Below are positions 56,209 through 64,000 of a stretch of DNA of 64,000 nt, in pieces. A program made the position numbers and the translations under genes. The notes beneath the pieces are model-generated. The model saw only the letters and a program-made list of their open reading frames with translations, ran no database searches and had not been told where the DNA came from. How positions within the stretch are numbered: position 1 is the first letter of the stretch; every line of letters starts with the position of its first letter. Source of the stretch: Dehalococcoidia bacterium (lineage in GTDB: Bacteria > Chloroflexota > Dehalococcoidia > Lucifugimonadales > Lucifugimonadaceae); assembly GCA_965203345.1 (NCBI GenBank), contig CBDBCK010000027.1:87044-151043 (forward strand). The letters run 5' to 3'.

Positions 56209-59078
56209 GACTGTTGTCGGCGACCGTTCGGAATTACCGAATTCACAGAGAGCTCACCGTATATTTTGATGAGACCAAGAACCTTATTACAGGAAAGAAC
56301 GAAACAGGCAAGAGCACTCTTATAGAGGCGATCCACCGAGCACTATTTCTGAAGGCTACGGTTACCGGCAAGATATTGAGTGGAATGAAGTCGGAAACAT
56401 TTCCCGGCAACCCTGAGATCCAAGTTCGTTTCATCGCTGGAGAATCTGATTACAAACTGATGAAGCGGTTTGATGGCTCGCGCGGTACGACTCTCCTGGT
56501 TCAGGTCGAAGGGAACACGTGGCACGGTGAGGAGGCCGAGTCCCGTTTATACGGGTTACTGGGCATGGAGGATGGAATAACGGGACGCTTAAACCTTGAT
56601 CGTTTAGCGAAACAGTGGTCCCATATTTGGGTGTGGCAGGGGCAAAGTGGTAATGAGCCTTCGGAGCACATAGCTTTGCAGAATGACCGTCTGCTCAAAA
56701 CACTTCAGCAGGTTGGCGGTTTAGTCGCTGTTCAATCAGAGCTGGACGGCAAGGTAGCGAACAGTTTTACCCGGCTCAGGGATGAGATATTTACCGAACG
56801 CCAGGGGAAATTGAAGAAGGGTTCCTCATATTACGAAGCGGAACGGGAACTTCAACAAGCGGAGGAAAACAAGACCCAAACATTCTCAAGGCTTGAGGCT
56901 CTTCGTGGGCATATCGAAAAATGTGAGGACGCGAATGCTTCTATAAAAACGATATCCTCCGAGCTTGAAAAACTTCAAAAGAAGCAAAAAAAGGCGGCAG
57001 GGGAGATGGACAAGGTTAAGAAGCTAGAGGAAGACGCCAGGGAAAAGAAGCAGTCCTGTAAATACGCGGAGAAGCAACTTGAGAATCTGGAGGGTATCGA
57101 AAATGATATTAAAGATCTGAGAGAAACTGTAGGTTCTCTCCAGGAGTCATTAAAGCCTGATCAGGAACATGAAGAGCAACTAAAAATCGATGTAAAAGCC
57201 GCCGAAAAGGGAACTGCTAAATATTATGAAAAATATAAAAAGGCCTCTGCTGAAACGCGAAGGATACGCTTGAGGCGCGACCTTGCTTCAGCCTGTGTTG
57301 AACTGTTTGCAAAGAAAGATCTAAACGCCGATTTGCAACATAAGGTAAAAAGAGTGAAGGGGCTCAAAAAAGAGCTGTTGAAACTAAATGAAGATTTGGC
57401 AGGTCTTGCTTCTGTTGAAGAAGGTGATCTGAAGGAGTTGAGGTCATTAGAAATTGAGTCAGGGAAACTTTCCGAGAGGTTGGAAGCGATGGCGACGGGG
57501 ATTGAGGTGGTCGCTTCTGATAAAACCGTGCGGATAGGGGAGCGAGAACTGTACAGCGGTGAAAAGGTTACCGTTTCTGAGACCACCGAAATCAAGGCGG
57601 GCGATTCTCTGCATATTCGGATCCACCCTGGCGGCGAAACTCTTGATGACGTTCGTAAAAAATTGGCATCTTTGCAGGAGTCCCTACAAGGAAAGCTGGA
57701 TCGTTATGTTTTGGGATCGGTTGAAGAGGTATCAGATACGTTTGTCAAACGTGAGGATATCTTGTCGGAGGCGGATAGACTGAGAGCCCATTGTGAGGAG
57801 TTAGGTGATCAGGAGTTGACTGAATCGTACGATCGCGCAAATATTCAGCTCGTTGCTGCTAAGAAGAAAGTTAAACGCCTTAGTGTGAAGGTGGTGGATG
57901 CTGTACCAACATCAACCTTGAGGGAAGCGAACCATTGGCCCATTGATGAAGATGACGCATTAATTGAGAGCGAGAATAACGAAGCAGTGTCTCATGAGAA
58001 CTATGTAGATGATGATCTCGTTGCTACTGGGGCGGAAGTTGAATGCCGCAGTGTACAGCTGATAAATGCTCTACCAGCGACCTCGGAGGAAGCGAACCGT
58101 TGGCTTATTGATGAAGATGACGCATTAATTGAGAGCGAGAATAACGAAACAGTGTCTCAGACGAAATATGAATCAGTCGATCGGTCCCTTAAAGACCTTA
58201 AGGGTAAGCTGGAGGAACTGAGTGATAGTATCGCGGGAGAAAGCGGAGAGCTCAGCGATTCAGAGGCGCGATTGAGGTTCTTGCTTGAGAAGTACGGGGA
58301 TGATGAGGCACGAGCTACTACACTTAAGAATGCGCGAAGCAGTAAAAAAAAGGTGGAAGTTGCTCTTGGAAAGATAGATCAATCTATTGAAAATCTGGAT
58401 CCTGAAGTGCTGAAATTAGATATAAGGCGTTTGGGAGATGCCTATAAGGAACAGATGCGTTTAAAGCAAGAAAAGGAAAAGGCTCTAGCGGTCAGTCAAT
58501 CCGCTCTAGTTTCAGACGGCAGAGAGGATCCGTATGCAGAAAATCAGGATGCAAATGTACGGCTACAGACAGCAAATGAACGTCTTGAGATACAGAGACG
58601 TGGAGCAGAAGCGGTCAGACGCGTTGATGAGATTTTCAAACAGCAACAGACCGCTTTATCCGACCGTTTGTCTGGACCTCTGGCTCAGAAGGTAACCGAA
58701 TACCTTAAACACTTATACGGCCGCGGCGCACATGCTTTGGTTACGTTTGAGAATGACCGATTCAAGGGTGTAACATTGACTCGTTCTGCCAGCGGAAGGG
58801 CTGAGCCATTTGATGTTCTCAGCAGTGGAACCCGTGAGCAGGTGGCTGCTGCTGTACGCTTGGCTATAGCTGAACTGCTGGCGGCAGAGTACGACGGATC
58901 CTTGCCCGTTGTGTTTGACGATGCTTTTGCATACTCCGACTCTGATCGTATCGATACTTTGCAAAAGATGCTCCATTTTGCATCTTCACGCGGGCTTCAG
59001 CTCATAGTGCTGACCTGCAAGCCTTCAGACTATGCTTCATTGGGTGCACGCCAAAGGGAACTTCCCCAGAACACTTGA
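56205..59078 (+). CDS. SMC/Rad50-like AAA ATPase, SbcC/YhaN-like, with long coiled-coil arms and no zinc hook
   Basis: Walker A GKNETGKST, a Lys/Glu-rich coiled-coil body, C-terminal signature-like LSSGTREQ and Walker B LPVVFDDAFAYSD. It has six isolated Cys and no CxxC. Confidence 0.75.
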   Translation: MRLLSATVRNYRIHRELTVYFDETKNLITGKNETGKSTLIEAIHRALFLKATVTGKILSGMKSETFPGNPEIQVRFIAGESDYKLMKRFDGSRGTTLLVQVEGNTWHGEEAESRLYGLLGMEDGITGRLNLDRLAKQWSHIWVWQGQSGNEPSEHIALQNDRLLKTLQQVGGLVAVQSELDGKVANSFTRLRDEIFTERQGKLKKGSSYYEAERELQQAEENKTQTFSRLEALRGHIEKCEDANASIKTISSELEKLQKKQKKAAGEMDKVKKLEEDAREKKQSCKYAEKQLENLEGIENDIKDLRETVGSLQESLKPDQEHEEQLKIDVKAAEKGTAKYYEKYKKASAETRRIRLRRDLASACVELFAKKDLNADLQHKVKRVKGLKKELLKLNEDLAGLASVEEGDLKELRSLEIESGKLSERLEAMATGIEVVASDKTVRIGERELYSGEKVTVSETTEIKAGDSLHIRIHPGGETLDDVRKKLASLQESLQGKLDRYVLGSVEEVSDTFVKREDILSEADRLRAHCEELGDQELTESYDRANIQLVAAKKKVKRLSVKVVDAVPTSTLREANHWPIDEDDALIESENNEAVSHENYVDDDLVATGAEVECRSVQLINALPATSEEANRWLIDEDDALIESENNETVSQTKYESVDRSLKDLKGKLEELSDSIAGESGELSDSEARLRFLLEKYGDDEARATTLKNARSSKKKVEVALGKIDQSIENLDPEVLKLDIRRLGDAYKEQMRLKQEKEKALAVSQSALVSDGREDPYAENQDANVRLQTANERLEIQRRGAEAVRRVDEIFKQQQTALSDRLSGPLAQKVTEYLKHLYGRGAHALVTFENDRFKGVTLTRSASGRAEPFDVLSSGTREQVAAAVRLAIAELLAAEYDGSLPVVFDDAFAYSDSDRIDTLQKMLHFASSRGLQLIVLTCKPSDYASLGARQRELPQNT
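57924..58159 (+). repeat. In-frame tandem duplication (period 165 nt = 55 codons) inside the SbcC-like gene
   Basis: 71-nt cores at 57924-57994 and 58089-58159 differ at 4 positions. The peptides are EANHWPIDEDDALIESENNEAVS and EANRWLIDEDDALIESENNETVS. Confidence 0.85.
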
Positions 59079-59194
59079 CGTTGAGGTGAGCAAATGGAGC
59101 TGGGTATTTCTCGTTGTGAGGGCTCTTGATCTAAGTCGCGGGCTTCTCTCTTATGAATTTCCTCATCCGCCAGTTCGATTTTCAGCAGCGTACT

Positions 59195-60433
59195 CTACTT
59201 GGTTTGATTTACTTTGCCGCGGTATGGTGCAGGGGCAAATCTTTCCCGAATAGGTAGATGGATCATAGCAGCCACCAATCCTGCACCGATAGCAATCATC
59301 CACATAATCTCGTATGAGCCTGTTGATTCGTATATTCTACCGCCCAACCATGCTCCTAGAAAAGATCCAGCCTGGTGAGAGAAGAAGGTTACTCCGTATA
59401 GCATCGCCATATTACGCACGCCGAAAAGTACAGCGACTAATCCGCTTGTGAGTGGAACCGTTCCTAGCCATAGAAAACCTATGACGGCGCCAAACGTGAG
59501 GGCGCTCGTAGTTGATAACGGTATGAGTAAAAAGCCTGAGATAACAAATGAGCGGCCTATATATATTGCGGATAGGAGGAGCTTCTTTGAGAATCGCCCT
59601 CCCAAATATCCAAATATCAGAGTGCCCAGCAGGTTGAACAGCCCTATCAAGGCTAGGGCTGTTCCCGCAATTCTAGGAGATAAGCCTCCATCCTCTAAGA
59701 AGATGGGCAGATGAGTCGATATGAAAACTACTTGAAAACCACAAACGAAGAAGCCTGTGGTAAGTAAAATGTACGGTCGGTATCGCAAAGCTCTGCTTAA
59801 TACCTCAATGGTAGGCACGGCAGAGGTTGTGTTACCGGATGAACCCTTTCTGAATAGCAGAAGCGCCGCAAGCAGGGGTAGCATCGCAACGGAAAGTATA
59901 ACTAGAGTCGTTTTCCACTCGAAAGCCGAGATGAATTCCTGTGTAATCTGTACTACGGCAAACTGTCCCAATGAACCGGCTGCTGTAGCTATGCCTAAGG
60001 CAAGCGAGCGTTTTCCTTCTGGTGCAGCCTTACCGACGGCTCCGAGCATTACGCCCGTCCCTGCGCTTGCCATTCCGATACCTATCATCGTTTGGCCCCC
60101 AAACAATCCCGCTAATCCTCCGAAAGCCATTACAATCAACCCGACTGAATACAGCAAAACTCCGGCTATTGATATGCGAATCACCCCGTACTTGTCAGCA
60201 AACGCGCCTATCGCCGGGGAGAATATCCCCCATAACAGGTTCTGGATGGCTATGGCGAGGGCGTAGACCTCCCGTGATAGATCAAGCTCTCCCGTGATGG
60301 GTCCCAGAAACAGCCCGAACCCTTGCCGTACCCCCATAGTCATAAATACAAAGAAAGCTGCAACACCGACCACTATCCATAGTGAGCCGCTTGCATTTCT
60401 GCCGTATATTCTGCTAGATCCGTTTTCGCTCAT
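59195..60433 (-). CDS. MFS transporter
   Basis: 412 aa with about 12 TM segments and the typical MFS N-terminus (...FMTMGVRQGFGLFLGPI...AFADKYG). Confidence 0.8.
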   Translation of the reverse strand: MSENGSSRIYGRNASGSLWIVVGVAAFFVFMTMGVRQGFGLFLGPITGELDLSREVYALAIAIQNLLWGIFSPAIGAFADKYGVIRISIAGVLLYSVGLIVMAFGGLAGLFGGQTMIGIGMASAGTGVMLGAVGKAAPEGKRSLALGIATAAGSLGQFAVVQITQEFISAFEWKTTLVILSVAMLPLLAALLLFRKGSSGNTTSAVPTIEVLSRALRYRPYILLTTGFFVCGFQVVFISTHLPIFLEDGGLSPRIAGTALALIGLFNLLGTLIFGYLGGRFSKKLLLSAIYIGRSFVISGFLLIPLSTTSALTFGAVIGFLWLGTVPLTSGLVAVLFGVRNMAMLYGVTFFSHQAGSFLGAWLGGRIYESTGSYEIMWMIAIGAGLVAAMIHLPIRERFAPAPYRGKVNQTK

Positions 60434-60676
60434 GGAAGATGGTTTACACTCGTGCTTTTAGTAACAAACCTCTGATTCGGTCGCTGGCTATAACCGACCT
60501 GATCGCTTTTGTATCTTGGCAGACTCACGACCAGCTTTTACTGCCTTTGAATCCCTTACCTGCTGTAATTTATTATCTCTTAGTCGACGCGAACACTATT
60601 TTGGTGTTCTGAATGCAGGTTTTGATATTGGCGATATAAGAGTAATAAAAGAGTAAACTAGAATATAAAGTCAGGT

Positions 60677-61837
60677 GTGAATAAGAGAGATCTAATGAAG
60701 ATATTAGCTGTGCGTCCCATATTTTTGGATAGGTACCTCCTTGTGCAGGTGGACACCGATGCTGGTATAAGCGGACTTGGGGAATCTGGTGCTTGGGGTT
60801 TCCTGGAGGCTTCGGCGGCGGCCGTCGATAAGTTCGGTAGATACCTTATCGGGAAAGATCCGCGCCGTATTGAGCACCACTGGCAGTATATGTACCGCTT
60901 TTCTCACTTTCGTGGAGCTGCTATTATGGGCGCAATAAGTGGGATAGACATAGCTTTGTGGGACATATTAGGCAAGAGTCTGAACACCCCGGTCCATCAA
61001 CTTCTAGGCGGTAAAGTTCGTGATCGCGCTCGTGTGTACGGACACGTGTTTGGTTCTACTAAAGAGGAACTCGTGAACGGTGTTAAGGCGGCCAAAGCCA
61101 GGGGCTTCACGGCAGTTGGACATCTGACTCCCTTTTTGGACGAGGATCGCGAAGTGGCTTACTTCAAGACACATGCCGATAAAATAGAGGACGCCACAGA
61201 CACTGTGCGAAGGTATCGTGAGGCGGTGGGAAATGACGTAGATCTGTGCATTGAGATACATCGACGAATGACTCCGACCGAGGCCATCCAGCTTGGCAGG
61301 AGTATAGAGAGGTACACTCCTTATTTTTATGAGGACCCCGTTACTCCGGACAACTTTGACGAGATGGCTTATGTAGCTTCTAACGTTGCGATACCAATAG
61401 CAACCGGCGAACGTTTCTCGTCTCTTTGGGAGTTTGAAATGGCTCTTTCTCGTAACTCCGTTCAGTATGTACGCCCCGACGTGTGCTTGGTTGGAGGTAT
61501 TTCGGGAGCTGTAAAAGTGGCAGCCCTGGCTGAGGCCCGCCATGTGGGCGTAGTTCCTCACAACCCGTTGTCCCCCGTGAGTACGGCGGCATGCCTTCAG
61601 ATAGCAGCGACCGCCCCTAATTTCGCCTTGCAGGAGTACCCTTTAGGAGAGGACGTCTGGCCTAAGGCGGCGATGACTGAGAACAACGCGGAGTACGACG
61701 GAGAAGGCTACCTGAAGATATCAGACAAACCCGGCATAGGCATAGAACTCAAGCCAGACGCGGAGAAGGATTGTCCTTTTGTGCCTAGAGAAGTGGAAGC
61801 TAGATTACATGTAGACGGTTCAGTGGTAGACCAGTAA
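60677..61837 (+). CDS. Enolase-superfamily acid-sugar dehydratase (galactonate/mannonate dehydratase-like)
   Basis: LLVQVDTDAGISGLGES capping-domain block, with barrel blocks CIEIHRRM, FYEDP and ATGER. The start is possibly Met7 (60695). Confidence 0.85.
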   Translation: MNKRDLMKILAVRPIFLDRYLLVQVDTDAGISGLGESGAWGFLEASAAAVDKFGRYLIGKDPRRIEHHWQYMYRFSHFRGAAIMGAISGIDIALWDILGKSLNTPVHQLLGGKVRDRARVYGHVFGSTKEELVNGVKAAKARGFTAVGHLTPFLDEDREVAYFKTHADKIEDATDTVRRYREAVGNDVDLCIEIHRRMTPTEAIQLGRSIERYTPYFYEDPVTPDNFDEMAYVASNVAIPIATGERFSSLWEFEMALSRNSVQYVRPDVCLVGGISGAVKVAALAEARHVGVVPHNPLSPVSTAACLQIAATAPNFALQEYPLGEDVWPKAAMTENNAEYDGEGYLKISDKPGIGIELKPDAEKDCPFVPREVEARLHVDGSVVDQ

Positions 61838-61990
61838 AATAGTGCTGCCGTCTGAGTAACGTGCCTTTGACCGGATGCCCGGATTGAAGGGGTATAAAAT
61901 GGAAAAGTGATTCAAGTAAATTGGAGTTAAATACTATTAATATAACATTGTAACTTTTCCCAAATAATGGGACGGTCGCAAGGAGGAAAT

Positions 61991-62740
61991 ATGATACCTA
62001 ACACTATAATCAAGGCAAACAGTCAAGGAAGAAAAGCGTTGGTCTTCGGACTGACTTTTCCTTCTCCTAACCTTGTGGAACTTGCGGCACAGGCAGGTTT
62101 TGACGCCGTGAACATAGACGGAGAGCACGGCTGTTTCACCCCTGAATCGGTGGACGAGATATGTAGAGTGGCGAACGGCTTGGGTATGTCAGTGGTCGCG
62201 CGAACCCCGGACTGTGCCCCCTTCCAGGTGAACCTTTTTCTGGACAGAGGGGTGCAAGGTATAACGGGTCCTCATATTGAGAGCGGTGAGGAGGCGCTTG
62301 GGCTGGCAGACGCGTGTTTGTTTCCTCCGAATGGAGAGCGCTCTTGGGGCGGTGGACGTGGTACCGAGTTTAATGATGAAAGCGTGCTGGAAAGCAAGTA
62401 CGGAAGCAAACTAGCCTTCGCGAAGTGGAGCAATTCGAACATGCTCGTGTTTGCTCAAATAGAGTCGAAGCAGGCATGGCTTAACCTTGATGATATTTTA
62501 GCCGTGAAAGGGCTTACGGGCGTAACTGGCGGCCCGAACGACTTTGCTGCTTCGCTCGGATTCCCAGGTGAGCCAGGGCATCCTGAACGTGCCGCCGCAA
62601 CCGCGGACGTGGAGTCTAGGACGCGCAGGAGCGAGAAAAAGGTGGCAGGAGACTTGATGTTGACCTTGGATATAGGCAGCTTGATGCTCGGCGAGGCTCG
62701 CAGCTTTGTCGAAAAGCATAAAGATGAAGCGATGAATTAA
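61991..62740 (+). CDS. HpcH/HpaI-family 2-keto-3-deoxy-acid aldolase
   Basis: AQAGFDAVNIDGEHG and LDRGVQGITGPHIESGEEA blocks. The start is moved to ATG 61991, which is preceded by AAGGAGGA (61980-61987). Confidence 0.75.
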   Translation: MIPNTIIKANSQGRKALVFGLTFPSPNLVELAAQAGFDAVNIDGEHGCFTPESVDEICRVANGLGMSVVARTPDCAPFQVNLFLDRGVQGITGPHIESGEEALGLADACLFPPNGERSWGGGRGTEFNDESVLESKYGSKLAFAKWSNSNMLVFAQIESKQAWLNLDDILAVKGLTGVTGGPNDFAASLGFPGEPGHPERAAATADVESRTRRSEKKVAGDLMLTLDIGSLMLGEARSFVEKHKDEAMN

Positions 62741-63440
62741 TTCAGCTTCAATGCGGTAAGAGATGGTTTAAATTCGAATATTAGTCAATTTAATCAGACT
62801 GTTAAAACTTCCAAGGATGTTGAATCTCTCGAGTCGGTGTGTTTGTTGAGTTCGCCAGAATTGAAGACTAAACCTGTCAGGGCTACCGGATTTGATACAG
62901 GGTTTCAATTAAAGGAACGTGTCAATCACATTACTAATGGACAATTGCGTGTGGAAAATGAAAGATAAGATTGTGCTGGCGTTTTGTGAAGTAAATAGAG
63001 GCTGGCTACCAGATAACCAAAGCAAGCCGATACTATTTACCGACTGTTAAGGGTCGGAAAAATGCCTAGGGCGCTAACACAATATAGGCCGATATCTGCG
63101 TTGAAAATCAAGTAGCACAAAAATTCAGACTGGTACAGATATTATGCCAGATAAATAGTCTCGGGTTAATCGTTACTCATGAATCCGCCCTGGATTTAGG
63201 TTTACACAAATCTAAAGGAAAACAGCCCTATCATTGGACAAAAACCGGTTCCATCAGGAAAGGAGATAAAAATGACAAATTACGATTGGCTCGATTTCTT
63301 TATTCGTAAATCTTCCTTATGTTGTCTGTGTTCCATAATTTCCTCTGCGAGCGGTCGCTAGCGAAGTTTGGCTATTTGAGCGAGGAGAGACAACATCAAG
63401 AATAACAGGTTCAGATTTTAATAAATATTAAAGACAGTCC

Positions 63441-64000
63441 ATGACTACAGGTATGAAGACCCACATAGAGTTTCGGCTATCAAGATACCCGACGATTCAA
63501 AAGAAGGTATGCAGTTTAGCTGAGCCTGGGAGACAATTGCCCAAAAACAGCGGCGAGAAATTGTTACATGAAATATGGCGTTCTTCGTCAATAAGGGGTA
63601 CTCGCGTTCGAGGACGAGATGGAGAGTGTTATAAGGTGATTTATCCGGGTAGACCGTCTGGAGGTATGGGTCCAGACTTTCTTGACGCAGTGATTGAAAC
63701 GGAAGGCGGAAAGCGTCTGTTTGGAGACGTGGAGATACACGTGCGAGAGGAAGATTGGCGTTCCCATCAACACTACTTGAACCCTCGTTATAATGGCGTG
63801 ATATTTCATGCCGTACTGGAACAGGGAACAAAGCGCGCCGCTTCCTTATCCGGCAAGAAAATACCTATGCTTTTGATGGGATCTTTGATGGGATCAATGA
63901 TACCGCGGAACGAAGATACAGCCGAAGAACCCCTCACTGAAAACTCTTACCCGGAACTGCCTCCGCTCTTCTTGGACTTAAGAAAGGCGGGAATGGAACG
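63441..64000 (+). CDS. DUF2851-like protein, N-terminal 186 codons; continues beyond the window
   Basis: My own translation shows no stop from ATG 63441 to the window end. LLHEIWR...YKVIYPGRPSGGMGPDFLDAVIE...GDVEIHVREEDWRSHQHYLNPRYNGVIFHAV matches the recalled DUF2851 pattern. It is absent from the supplied ORF track. Confidence 0.65.
   Translation, partial: MTTGMKTHIEFRLSRYPTIQKKVCSLAEPGRQLPKNSGEKLLHEIWRSSSIRGTRVRGRDGECYKVIYPGRPSGGMGPDFLDAVIETEGGKRLFGDVEIHVREEDWRSHQHYLNPRYNGVIFHAVLEQGTKRAASLSGKKIPMLLMGSLMGSMIPRNEDTAEEPLTENSYPELPPLFLDLRKAGME

Noticed and set aside
56205-59078. Zinc-hook (CxxC) at the coiled-coil apex of the SbcC-like protein
   Set aside because: I scanned all six Cys residues (EKCED, QSCKY, SACVE, AHCEE, VECRS, LTCKP). 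None forms a CxxC, so the hook is absent rather than overlooked.
62738-62959. In-frame open reading of about 72 codons continuing past the TAA stop of the HpcH aldolase (possible readthrough extension)
   Set aside because: TAA is a strong stop. The extension has no recognisable domain or internal start/RBS, and it lies in AT-rich DNA where such open stretches can arise by chance.

Overview
Dense 64-kb chromosomal fragment, roughly 50% G+C by eye, coding on both strands. I found no rRNA, CRISPR array, integrase or transposase.

Backbone genes:
- nusA-ylxR-infB-rbfA-truB translation operon
- hemA-hemL, recF, apt, glmU, pcrA/uvrD, plsY, mgtE, amt-glnK
- korAB-type 2-oxoacid:ferredoxin oxidoreductase
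- seven tRNA genes: Asn, Phe, Ser-GGA, Ser-CGA, and a Trp-Leu-Cys cluster

Interleaved catabolic clusters:
- a sulfatase
- two enolase-superfamily dehydratases
- four SDR or NmrA-type reductases
- an acetoacetate-decarboxylase-family protein
- a ThDP enzyme
- an HpcH aldolase
- an MFS transporter

This gene mix, together with lipoprotein-type signal peptides, resembles marine Chloroflexota (SAR202-like). That is inference only.

Accessory or unusual content:
1. A 5'-truncated type III Res-like helicase-nuclease sits at the left edge of the window.
2. An AT-rich two-gene islet at 43.2-47.0 kb lies between hemL and tRNA-Ser(GGA). It encodes a 1045-aa type IIG/Eco57I-like N6-adenine methyltransferase fusion and a 219-aa protein with a C-terminal Rx4H (HEPN-type) motif. 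This is my best candidate for an uncharacterised defence module.
3. A YdeI gene and a 5'-truncated VOC gene are trapped between two tRNA-Ser genes.
4. A non-canonical SbcD/SbcC-like pair lies directly after the tRNA-Trp/Leu/Cys cluster. Motif I reads DWQ, there is no CxxC zinc hook, and one arm carries an in-frame 165-bp tandem duplication.
5. An orphan ZnuA-like binding protein has a His/acidic loop encoded by 18-bp tandem repeats, with a palindrome cluster upstream.

A plus-strand ORF running off the right edge (DUF2851-like, from 63441) is missing from the supplied ORF track. All family assignments come from motifs read by eye and recalled consensus patterns. No database search was run.
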